Shown in pieces: positions 42,345 to 52,348 of a stretch of DNA of 64,000 nucleotides; the stretch's first letter is position 1; each line of letters starts with the position of its first letter. The notes under the pieces were generated by a model. It was not told the origin of the DNA. It did no database searches and saw only the letters and a program-made list of their open reading frames with translations. Position numbers and translations under genes: made by a program. The stretch is taken from the NCBI GenBank assembly GCA_964019335.1, contig OZ025660.1:248001-312000 (forward strand), written 5' to 3'. The DNA is from Diplonema japonicum. Taxonomy: Eukaryota; Protista; Euglenozoa: Diplonemea.

Positions 42345-43913
42345 TCAGTTGAATTCATCCTGCGTGATCGCCGCTACATCCATAAGTGCTGCCTGGTCAG
42401 CGTCCCTCTTACGCGTGGGGGAGGCGGATTCGGCAGCCGCGCGTTCAGCTTCAGCCTCCGCTTTAGCCTTCGCGAGCGGGGACAGTGGAAATTCGGCCTC
42501 CGTAAGCTTCACCCGGGACCTCCCTTTGGGATGGAACGCGCGCCCGATGCGGTTCGGCTTGTCCTCGACCGTCCATTCTCTGATTGAAATGGAGGTCAGG
42601 TTGTCTGCACGGCGGATGACGGGGTTGGAGGGAGCCTCCTCTGCCCTTGCCAGCCATCTCCTCCCCGGCAACCGGCTGAGCTTCTTCACGACCCATCCCC
42701 GCATCCTGCAGTCGTCGATGATGTCGCACTGGTGCTCGCAGTGCCCGGCCCCCTCGATAACAAACTTCCTCCCCACCTGGTCCTCCGGCAGGAAAACAGC
42801 GCCCAGGGACTGTACCACCACGTGTCGAGCAGTGCCTGGTGGGAGCATGATCGCCAGGCCGATGGGAGTGAGGGCTACACGGAAGCTAGAAGAGGTCCCG
42901 GTGAAGGTACGGGGAACATCCCGCGGATGGATCGAATCTTTGAGCTGGATGACTTCCAATCGCTCTTCGGGGAGTGCGTGTGTCCAATACACATCGTTGT
43001 CTCCGCTGCCGCTGAGGAGGCGGGCGGCGTGTTGCCAGTCCACGCGCACCCTTGCCGTCGCACGCTGTGCCGTCCTCTCCACCCGCCAGACGTTGCTCCT
43101 CACGACCTCGTGCACCCCCTGCTTGTCCCTTGCTGCTAGCATGGCCATCCTGGCTATTGCCTCCCCGTCCGACGTCTTCGCCCATTGCGCGGCGCCGCAG
43201 AACTTCTTGGCGATAATCGCCACGAGGACAACGGACCTGTTAGTCCTTTGGGGCTTGTCGCCGTCGGCCATCACAGGGTCGTAGTGCTCGCCGGCAGTCC
43301 AGAGGGCCTTGATGCCTCTGCTGGTGGGGGTTGCAACTTCCCTAGCGGCCTCGAACAGGGTTTTCGAGACGACACGATAGTCGAGCTCGAGACTCGCCAA
43401 CCTCGCCGCTAGGACTGCGGGTTCGGGGCAGTCGAAGTAGATCCCTTTGACGAGTGGCTCAGGGACCTCGTAGAAGATGGGCGCACCATTCCAGTGTTTT
43501 GCGTCCAGGGTGGTCTTTGGTGGGGGGCCTCTCAGCTTGTCAGCCCATGAAGAGGTCTCAGGCTGCTTCTGCGGGTTCGTCCTGGGTTTGATAGGCCCAC
43601 CGACCGTCTTCCACTTCCCGGCCTTCTGTTGCTGCGGTTGCTGTTGCTTGGCTGGGGTCTGCTTCTGCCCCTGCTGCTGCTTCTGTCCTTGCATCTTTTG
43701 TAGCTGCACCTGCTGCTGCTTCTGTTGCTGCTTCTGCTGCTGTCCCTGCTGCTGCTTCTGTTGCTGCTTCTGCTGCTGTCCCTGCTGCGGGGGACCGCCC
43801 TCCATCAGGGTCAGCACCATGCCGATGAGGCGCACGCACTCCTCGCTCCATGCGCCTTGGCCCACCAGCCTCTCTGCCCTGTCGAGCATCTCTCCGATCG
43901 TCTTCTTATCCAT
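42345..43913 (-). CDS. LINE ORF1 (Q-rich N-terminus, no recognisable gag knuckle)
   Basis: 522-aa ORF inside the element boundaries, upstream of and in frame with ORF2. Confidence 0.8.
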   Translation of the reverse strand: MDKKTIGEMLDRAERLVGQGAWSEECVRLIGMVLTLMEGGPPQQGQQQKQQQKQQQGQQQKQQQKQQQVQLQKMQGQKQQQGQKQTPAKQQQPQQQKAGKWKTVGGPIKPRTNPQKQPETSSWADKLRGPPPKTTLDAKHWNGAPIFYEVPEPLVKGIYFDCPEPAVLAARLASLELDYRVVSKTLFEAAREVATPTSRGIKALWTAGEHYDPVMADGDKPQRTNRSVVLVAIIAKKFCGAAQWAKTSDGEAIARMAMLAARDKQGVHEVVRSNVWRVERTAQRATARVRVDWQHAARLLSGSGDNDVYWTHALPEERLEVIQLKDSIHPRDVPRTFTGTSSSFRVALTPIGLAIMLPPGTARHVVVQSLGAVFLPEDQVGRKFVIEGAGHCEHQCDIIDDCRMRGWVVKKLSRLPGRRWLARAEEAPSNPVIRRADNLTSISIREWTVEDKPNRIGRAFHPKGRSRVKLTEAEFPLSPLAKAKAEAEAERAAAESASPTRKRDADQAALMDVAAITQDEFN

Positions 43914-44093
43914 TTTGGTAGGAAGAATAATTATTTTTTAATAAATATATTTAAATATTTTATATTTTATTATTTTTATTTGTTTTTTTGTTAAGTTTAT
44001 AGTATGATTGATGTACCACGTCACCTCCCGTGTAGTAAGGGAAGTAGAGATTTACCCCGTTAACGCCTTTATTTATCAGCCACGGGGAGCGAC

Positions 44094-44109
44094 CAATAAA
44101 GTACAGAAA
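44094..44109 (-). other. Spliced-leader 3' remnant TTTCTGTACTTTATTG at the LINE 5' end
   Basis: Exact match to the conserved 3' end of the kinetoplastid/diplonemid SL exon (...CAG TTTCTGTACTTTATTG). Confidence 0.85.
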
Positions 44110-44551
44110 AAAGAGAGAGAGAGAATGGGCAAAGTTTTTCTTTGTCTCTGTGCGCTTCCTTGTAACGCATGGAATCGCTGCCTTTTTTTTTTAATTCTTT
44201 TTTCCCTCCTTCAGTCGTGCGATGTCTTGTTTCCTCGTTCCTCACAGTGCCGTCTACTGCAGTGGTCAGTGGGTGTAGAGATACCTTTCAAGGGAGGAAA
44301 CTTTTTTTTTTCTTTTTTATTTCACCTTTTTCTTTTATTTCTTTTTTTTTTTGTTTCAACGAAAACTGGCACTTCTTCTTTTTTTTTTTTTAGAAAAGAC
44401 TGTTTTATCGCTGAGAGAAAAAGAAGAAAAAAAAAAAAAAGGGTGGGGGTGGGAGATAAAAAAAATAGAAATAAAAATCATGAAAAAAAAAGGGATAAGA
44501 GGCAAGGGGCGAGGGGACAAAAAAAAAAAAAAAAGAAAAGAAAAAAAAAGA

Positions 44552-44901
44552 GACTATTTAAGGGTGCCTGCAGTATGTGGCAGGGCGCCCTGCACAAGTA
44601 TCGTCTACTTGATTACAGGGGGCGCGCCTCGGCCTAGTTGTAGCTTCTTCTGCGTTCCGCGTCGTGTCCTTAATGCGTGCGGTGTGCAACTCAACCCCAG
44701 CCATGGTGCCCCCGGTAACCAAGATTCTGAGCCCGTGCAGTTTGCTGCCTGTTCGTCACCCTGAGCATCTGCGATACGTTCTTCCACTCGGGCGCTACCG
44801 GTGATGACCGACGTGGAGGTCAACAGCGAACAACACATCTGATGTACTTCTTTATATTTCCATATTTCTGTGTTATCCCCACCACCAATAAAGTACAGAA
44901 A
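44552..44901 (-). mobile_element. Short (~350 bp) non-autonomous retroposon: SL remnant at 5' end, LINE-like hairpin at 3' end
   Basis: 44552-44590 homologous to the LINE 3' end; 44886-44901 is the SL remnant; body shared with 21644-21833; AAAAAAAGA on both flanks. Confidence 0.88.
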
Positions 44902-45455
44902 AAAAGAAAAAAAGGAAAGGGCGTGCTGCTTTAGCAGATGGAAATTAGGCTCGTTCTTTCCCTTGAAAGGGAAGTGTGGAAATCAGGAAACCTTTTTCTT
45001 CTTCTTTTCCCGTTGTTTATTCCAAGTGTAAAAGTGGTGCACAACCCACTGTGAGGATGCAATAAAATAAAGGACAATGAAAAAAAACAAACCTATAGTT
45101 ATTCATCCTCAACAGGGCTAGAAGGGAAAAAAAGAGGGGGGGTGGGAGGGAGAGAAAAATATCTGAGCCATTTCGAACGATGAGGTGCCTCTCCCATTTT
45201 AATTCAGAACCTAAAATACCTTTACCCATAACTCCCCCACACCTCGCCGTTGCATAATAGTGCAAAGGAAACAGGCTGTGAAGTCTATAGTCTAGCCAAA
45301 ACGCTCTCCTTTTGCTTGCTTAGACAACGATTCGCTCTCGCAAAATCATTCCTTTTTTTTTTATTGTTGGCGAATATTTTTCTTCATTTTCTTTTTACCT
45401 AATCTTTTTAACCCCGGAAAGTACGACGTCTCCCCATAATTATTTCTCAAAATGT

Positions 45456-45489
<34 letters not shown>

Positions 45490-46337
45490 CTTTACTGATT
45501 AAAAACGGCCACAGACCCACTCCTTACAAAATGCTATTATGAGTTACTGAAACCCACCCTTTTTTTTTACCCCGTTCTAGAAGCAGCTGATGAAGGGGGG
45601 GGGGGAGGGGGGGCATTTTCATTTTCTAAAAAAGTTTCTTTTTCATTCTTTTCGCGGAAAAAAAAGAAAAAAAAAGGACAAATAACGAAAGTACCGGAAA
45701 GTAATGGGGAAAATGAGAGGGGGGGGGGGGGGGACAACAATAATGTTTCCTTTTTCTTTTCTTCCACGTTCTCTTCTTCTACTCCCCCCCCCCCCCCCCC
45801 CCCTGCGCATGCTATTTTGTTTGTTTTTAATATTTCCTCTAAATAACGCCATCTTACTGTTCTCACCTTTCCACGTTTTTCGCATGCTTAAAAATATGGA
45901 GAGAGAGAGAGAGAGGATAACGAAAAATAAATAAAATAAAAGAAGTACTGTTTAACGGTCCGGACCTTCCTTGCTGAGATCCTGGCTGTGATCCTACCTA
46001 CGGCGTGCTACTGGGATTTTATCTTTTATTTTTATTTTTTACCCAACAAAGAGGGGCGTGTGCATGGGCACCGATTTGGCAGTGGGTGTTGTCACCAAAA
46101 AAAAAAAAAAAAAATTAAAAGACTCGTTTTCTTGCAAAAGCCTTCTCAGATAAGGAAAAAAAAAAAAAAAAAACCTCTGTACAGATCGTTTTTTTTTTCT
46201 TTTTTTTTTTTTTTCTGTTCTTTACACAAGGAAACCTGATTATGGTGGGGGTGGGGGAGCGGGCGGGGGAGGAATCACATATCTGCGTCGCCAGAACACG
46301 CAACACATCGACATGCACACCTCCGTTCCGTAGAATG

Positions 46338-46847
46338 TTAAACAGGGTTCTCCACCCAATTCACCAGTATCCGGAGCTGCTCTTGTTGCAGCCCGTTTTG
46401 AGGGGAAGCAAGGGCAGCTATTCCAGGACAGGCACGAGACACATCTGTCACGTTCCCAGGATCATCATCTACAAAACAGGCATGTTTTGGTGGAGTGTTG
46501 TGGGTTTGGAGAAGTTTTGCTGCTGCGGGGCCTTTTCGTTTAACTGTCTCTCGGCCCAGCACTGAAGAGGTGGGAAGGTTGCCTCGTTCCAAAGCTGCTT
46601 CTACAACTGGCGCCCAGTTGTGTGAAATGACGTGGACCGTTACGTTGCACTCGTCCATTTTGCGCCAGAATTCTTTCAAACTGTCTAATCTTTCCTTCCC
46701 TCCCCACAAGCTGTCATCGCTCACCGAGCTCAGAAGTGATGGGTCTCTCTTCCCTTTGAGAAGCTTCCATATGTGGCAGTGCGCGATCGTTTGATCAAAA
46801 TCCAACAACATCATCCTGTTGCCTGCCACCTTTCCTGTGTCCGTCAT
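46338..46847 (-). CDS. HAD-superfamily hydrolase/phosphatase
   Basis: Motif I LLDFDQT, VISHN, K, FVDDD. Confidence 0.85.
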   Translation of the reverse strand: MTDTGKVAGNRMMLLDFDQTIAHCHIWKLLKGKRDPSLLSSVSDDSLWGGKERLDSLKEFWRKMDECNVTVHVISHNWAPVVEAALERGNLPTSSVLGRETVKRKGPAAAKLLQTHNTPPKHACFVDDDPGNVTDVSRACPGIAALASPQNGLQQEQLRILVNWVENPV

Positions 46848-48252
46848 TCTTTTTAAAAGAGGAATCTTTTCTTCTTTTTTTTTCTTTTCTTTTCTTTTCC
46901 TTTTAAAGTTTTGAGTTAAGACCTAAGGATCAGAAATGGAAAAAAAAAAAAAAAAATACGAAAAACACAGAAACACACGGTTTGTCAAAAGAGAAATATA
47001 GACACAGATGGCTTTTCCCCTATTTCTTCTTCACAACTTCTTTTTTTTTTTTTCTTCTTCTCTCCTCCCTCCCTTATTCGAAACAAAAAGCACTGAAAAA
47101 AAAGACCGAAGCGCGCAGATATGGTGCTAAAGCTGCTTATCTGCAAGGGCTCTGGGTTATAATTTTCTTATATAAAAAAAATACAAAAGTGTAGGAGAAA
47201 AGTAAAAAGAAAATGCAATTCCACACTGATTATTAGTTCTCTATACTCATTTACCTTCCCCCCGTTAGTTTTTTTTTTTTCCGCTCGTTTTTTTCTTTTT
47301 TTTTCCCCCCCTTTCTATTTTTTTTTTTATTATACTCATTTCTCTTTTTCATTCACACGAACACATTGTCGCAGTAAAGCGATACAAAACAACAATAGAA
47401 AAATTGTACATTTTTTTTTTTTTTTTTTTTTTTAAAAAGAGGCCATCATTTTGCCCGGAAGACGAAGAGGCCTACCTGCGACATTAGTAATGTTAGACAG
47501 CATTCGTCCATCACTTGGTCTGCCTCCAGATTTCCCTTGCTGCTCATGATGCTACTTTTTCTCGCTTAGATGAGGGCCTCCACTTCAAAAAGAATCTATG
47601 ATATTAGACAAAGTGGTTAACAACGCCAGTTAAAAGAAAAAAAGAAAAAAAAACTATCAGGAGTGAAGGGAATGTTACGCTCGTAGTCCAGCTACAACAC
47701 CATGAATACTGTGATCATTGCTGTTGAAAAGGGCCTCAAAGGCATGGACAATGCTGGCAACAGAAGTAGAGAAAAGAGAATGAAAATAATAGGGAAAATA
47801 AAAATCACCTGTTTACCTGTCCGGAAAAGACGAAGGGGAAAAAAAGGGGGGGTGACCCCGTTCTGTTGTAACCTGTGAGGTTTGCACAGAAAAGAGGCAA
47901 ACACGAACTAAGAAAAAAAAGGGGGGGGGGAATGGGGAAGGAACTGACTGACATGCATGTGTTACAGAGTTTAACAGGCACGACAACGCAGGTCCCTCCC
48001 TTTCCCCTTTTTTTTTCTTAAATGACAGAATGTTGATAAAAAGAAGAAGAAAAAAAAACTAAACGAATATATGTGACAGGATCAACTTTTTCAATTTAAA
48101 AAAAAAAGTGAAATTATTAATGCCAGAAAAAAAAAAGAGAAAAAAAAACTACTAAATAGTAATCCAATAGCGGCGGCGGCTGCGGGGGGGGGGGGGGGGG
48201 GTTTTCTGATTTCTTTTTCTGCTGTAGTAGCAGTAGCAAAGTTTTTTTTATT

Positions 48253-48295
<43 letters not shown>

Positions 48296-48374
48296 AAAGG
48301 AAGAAAAATCGTGATTTACCGTTCAGTGCCGGATCACTTTCTTTCTTTCGTTTTTTTTTTCTTTTTTTTTTCTT

Positions 48375-49985
48375 TCACTCACACTCGGTGAAATGGTCCT
48401 CCAAACGAGTATTGTGCACAATACTAATTACCGACTGGCTCCCATCATCATCATCACTGCACCCAGCATTGATGGTACCGTAACCCCGCGAAGCTGCAGG
48501 AGAACGCGCCCCTTGATAATCCTCCCACGATGAAGGATCGGGAGAAACACTACAAAGGATAACAGAAATAAGCGCAAGCGCGGCCACAAACGCCGGCATC
48601 ACCCCTACAACCAACCTGTAAAACTGCGCATCCGACACGTTCAAGTCTATAGTCTGAATGCCCATAATAACGGCTCCCGAGCTGAGCTTATCGCTGAACG
48701 AGAACGCCCCGTATACAAATGCAGATCCGGGAAGGTCACCAATTAGCTTTGCAACAATAGACAAGCAAGACACCATCAGCAACGACGATGAAATTCCAAA
48801 CAGTGCTGCTGCTGGATACACCGTCCACGAGTTGTCCTCCGGAATACTGTACAATCCTGCAGATGCTGCAAGGCATCCTCCGATGGCAATGGCATAGCTA
48901 ACACTGTCGCCAACCCTTTTCACAATACCTCCGATCACCGCTGTCCCCAGAAGTGACGACGCATAAAGAACAAGCGGTGCTGTTGCAATAGACGTTTTCG
49001 GCATCTTCAACGAGTCCAACAAGTACAGTGCAAGGTAGGTCTGCGTCATGTTGACCATAAGCCTAGTACACATGTACATAATCCCAACGTAGTAAAACTT
49101 TTTACAGTGCAGCCACATTCTTGTTGAGTCCTTTGCCTTAGCGTTGCTCCCGTTTGTTGGGGATTCAGGGTCGACAAGAAGCTCGCCGTACTTCTTTGTT
49201 ACGAACCTCATGCCGTTCTGGAAGATGATGAGTGCGAACAGAATACCCGTTGAGGTGATGAACGTAGCGAGGATCTTGAACTGCCCATGGTTGGCACGCG
49301 ATAGGTTGCTGCTCCCATCGTCGGTACTTGTCGAATTGTCAGAACTGTGGTCGTCGCTGCCCGCGGTACCAAGAAGAGCCCATGCAACCACGTACACGGC
49401 GACAGTTGACAGAACGGTGGCTGCGTACCGGGTTGCGTTAAGCGATGTCTTCCGCGATGCCTTCCCTACACTGAGATCCGGGATCAACGCAAGATGCGAG
49501 ATTTGAGTCGTCGCCCAACCGATTTGAAACAACGTCACAAACGTGGCATACCACAGAACAACTGCCGTACTACTGCTTCCATACGTGAATTGCGCGTCCT
49601 CTATAAAGAGCAACGGGTACGACACAGCTACCAAGATGCTTCCAAAGAGATGCCAAGGAAGACGCTTGTGTACTGTGTCGCCAGGGACGTTCGGGTCGGC
49701 TTTTGAAGCGCTCACGTCGCATCCTATACCTACAAGAGGGGTTGTGATGGCATCGACCACTTGGCCTAGTAGTACTAGGGCACCGCTTGATGCGCCTGAT
49801 AGACTTGCTACCCGTTCAAAGAACACCAACATGTAGCTGAACCAAGAGGCCGCGCATAAGTCGTTGAGGATGTGTCCTGTGCCGTACAGAATCTGGATCT
49901 GTCTCAATTTACTCTTCTCCCGTTCGTTAGCCTCGTCTACAATGGCTGCATCGATGAGCGGTTTGTCTTCGTTAACTTCCGACAT
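48375..49985 (-). CDS. MFS transporter, MFSD12-like (MFS_2/GPH family)
   Basis: YGTGHILNDLCAASWFSY, GQVVDAITTPLVG, FQIGWATTQISHLALIP, AFVYGAFSFSDK; ~12 TM segments. Confidence 0.88.
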   Translation of the reverse strand: MSEVNEDKPLIDAAIVDEANEREKSKLRQIQILYGTGHILNDLCAASWFSYMLVFFERVASLSGASSGALVLLGQVVDAITTPLVGIGCDVSASKADPNVPGDTVHKRLPWHLFGSILVAVSYPLLFIEDAQFTYGSSSTAVVLWYATFVTLFQIGWATTQISHLALIPDLSVGKASRKTSLNATRYAATVLSTVAVYVVAWALLGTAGSDDHSSDNSTSTDDGSSNLSRANHGQFKILATFITSTGILFALIIFQNGMRFVTKKYGELLVDPESPTNGSNAKAKDSTRMWLHCKKFYYVGIMYMCTRLMVNMTQTYLALYLLDSLKMPKTSIATAPLVLYASSLLGTAVIGGIVKRVGDSVSYAIAIGGCLAASAGLYSIPEDNSWTVYPAAALFGISSSLLMVSCLSIVAKLIGDLPGSAFVYGAFSFSDKLSSGAVIMGIQTIDLNVSDAQFYRLVVGVMPAFVAALALISVILCSVSPDPSSWEDYQGARSPAASRGYGTINAGCSDDDDGSQSVISIVHNTRLEDHFTECE

Positions 49986-50090
49986 TTTTTTTTTTTCTTT
50001 CTTTTTTCTTTTCTTTCTTTTTTTTTCTTTATTTGAGGTGTTACAAAACAGTATTTAAGAGGGGGAAAAAAAAAATAAGACACTCCTGCT

Positions 50091-50741
50091 TTAATCTTGT
50101 ATCTCCGATTTTACTATCTCTGACTTTACTATTTCTGATTTCACGTCGGTGTTCGCGGCCACGCTAGCGAGGTCGGTTTGGGCGTCTTCTTCCTCTGACT
50201 CTGTCCCATCGTAGGAATCGTCATTATCCTCCACTTCGGTTTCAAGGAAAGCACGCACGGCTACTGCGTAGGCACCAGGGACGAGCTCGGGGTGGTCCAA
50301 ATCCTGCCACCGGCAGACCCAACTGTCGTCCCGGTTCCCCGTGCATACGCACACCATCCCTTCAAAGTTCAAAGTCGTGTACTGGTCCACACTTTCTCTG
50401 TCCCCTTGTTTTACTATTGACGGACAGTTGCTGCATCCTTGTTTCTGGAACGGAGAATTTTATACGAAAAAAAAAAAAAGTAAATACCAAAAACTGATCC
50501 TCAGTCTTCAGCAGTTTGCAATGCATGCAAGCTCTCAATTTCCTATCGTCCACCTTCCGTTCACCGTTTCGCGCATCAGACACCGGAGGGATGTGGTCAA
50601 AGACTTCCTTTTTTTTTTTTTTAATTTGATAAATTATCAATGATGAATCACGCGTACCTTAACTTGTTTATTCAGCTCATCAGAGAATCCCAACGACAAC
50701 CTGGCATCGGAGCCTGCACTGAAGCTTGGAGGTCGGTACAT
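50091..50741 (-). CDS. SPT4: Transcription elongation factor Spt4 (2 introns)
   Basis: LRACMHCKLLKTEDQF / GCSNCP / TTLNFEGMV / SWVCRWQ / PGAYAVAV, assembled across GT-AG introns. Confidence 0.88.
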
Positions 50742-50893
50742 TTTTGCTTTTTCACTTCTCACTCCCTTGGTTTTTTCTTTTTCTCTTTCCCCCCCCAACT
50801 GACGACGTTTGCAGCAAAGGGGAGGAAGAAACAGAAGGGGGGAACAAAAAGAAAAAGAACTTTCTAAATCCGCTCCGCTGCAAGATAAAAGTG

Positions 50894-51130
50894 TCATAAT
50901 TTATCTGTTGCAGGTATCAACCCTTCCAGATCCAGGCCCCCTCCCCTCACTGTTACTTTCTTGATGCCCTTGGTAGCACTCAGGGCAGCAGAATCAATAA
51001 GCCTCTTCTGCAGCGGTTGAAAAGGTGTACGCACTGTCACATTGCTGCCTCCCAATCCCTTGATGCCCTTTCTCGTGTCGATCCCTCGTTGAGTGCTTTC
51101 GGGGTTTTTCACGTGAATAAATATATCCAT
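50894..51130 (-). CDS. Small basic hypothetical protein (~78 aa)
   Basis: MDIFIHVKNP...; coding-like composition between homopolymeric spacers. Confidence 0.4.
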   Translation of the reverse strand: MDIFIHVKNPESTQRGIDTRKGIKGLGGSNVTVRTPFQPLQKRLIDSAALSATKGIKKVTVRGGGLDLEGLIPATDKL

Positions 51131-51568
51131 CGTGACTGCTCTCCTTGGTGTAAACCTGTGGTCCCCGGGTTTCTTTCCCCCCCTCCCCAGAACAACGGAA
51201 AAAGTGAGAAAAAAAAATGAGGGGGGGAAAAAAAAAACGAGGGAGCAGAAAAAAAAAAAGAGGGTGGGGGTGAAGCTGAAAAAAAAAGATGGCCCAAGAA
51301 AAAATAAAGTAATATCGGAGGGGGGGGGATAAAAAATACGGACGTAGCAAAGGGCAGGGGAGGGGCAACAAGTGCTCGCAAAAAAAAAGGGGGTTTCCTT
51401 CTTTTCAAAGACAAGGGAAAAATCAAGAAAACCCCGTTTTTTCTCCGTTTTTTTTTCTTGGGAAAGGTGGGGGACATACAAAAGAGAAAAAGGGCGGGGG
51501 GGGGGGGGGGGGAACACTACTGGGTGTATCATATGAATATTTTTTTTTTCTTCTCTTCTTCATTTCTT

Positions 51569-52088
51569 CTAAAGACGCTTGCCCTTGTTCTGGCTCTTAA
51601 GCGAGTTCATTACATTCTTCCACTCTTCGAAGGTGATGCCCTGTTTGAGGGAAAAAAAAAAAAAAATACTACCCCCACCCGTTTCCCCCTCATACCCTCT
51701 CAGGAATATCAGCGACTGCGTTCATCACACGGTGCACCTCATCATCACCGATAGTGGGGTCCTCAAGAAGAGCAACCCTCTTCAAATCATCGAATGAGAT
51801 ACGGCCAGTCTTGCTCGGGTCAAAAAGGTGGTATGCCTTCCAGATCTCCTCCTGAGAATCAGCCTTGTCCATCCTGCCCAGGACAAGAGTCTCAAACTCG
51901 CTGTACTGAACTGAGCCCGACCCATCAGTGTCAATAGCCTTGATCATTGCCTGGATATCCCTCTCGCTGCACTCGGTGAATCCCAGACCCTTCAGCACCA
52001 ACCCCATCTCGGTGGCATCGATGGCTCCACTGCCATCAGCGTCAAACAGGTTGAACGCCTCCTTAATTTGCTCCTTCGTGAGGGCCAT
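51569..52088 (-). CDS. Centrin/calmodulin-like EF-hand protein (1 intron)
   Basis: EQIKEAFNLFDADGSGAID, KGLGF, DTDGSGSVQYSEF, GRISFDDLKRVA; intron starting at 51695 joins GITFEEW. Confidence 0.88.
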
Positions 52089-52348
52089 TTTTTTTTTTTT
52101 TTTTTGTTCCTTTGCAACAATAATCATTTCGGAAAAAAAAATAAAAAAAATAAAAAAAAAAAAAACTGTACGAGAATAGTTGCAACTTATGCAGTCGTTT
52201 TTTTTTCCCCCCTCCCCTCATTTTTCTTTCCCTCTTTTTCTCGTCTTTCTTCTTTTTTTTTTTTTTTTCTTTTCCCCCGTAAAAAGACTTTCGCTGCGGC
52301 GCTGTTGAAGAATATTTTCTACTTGTTCCTTCCTTTTTTTTCCCCCAG

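Larger units (their letters stand above)
37920..44109 (-). mobile_element. Apparently full-length non-LTR retrotransposon (LINE; ORF1 + APE-RT-CCHC ORF2) with 5' spliced-leader remnant and no poly(A) tail
   Basis: GC-rich 6.2-kb block; APE and RT motifs; 3' end defined by homology with 27570 and 44552; 5' end defined by the 16-mer shared with 44886-44901; A6GA on both flanks. Confidence 0.93.

Noticed and set aside
42070-43284. 404-aa plus-strand ORF in the LINE
   Set aside because: Antisense to GC-rich ORF1, no motifs; expected shadow ORF.
44605-44838. 77-aa ORF inside the short retroposon
   Set aside because: Frame is not preserved in the 21644 copy; at most a relic of a LINE C-terminus.
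44094-44901. Genuine SL RNA genes
   Set aside because: Only 16 nt of the exon are present, the downstream sequences differ between the two copies, and there is no tandem array.
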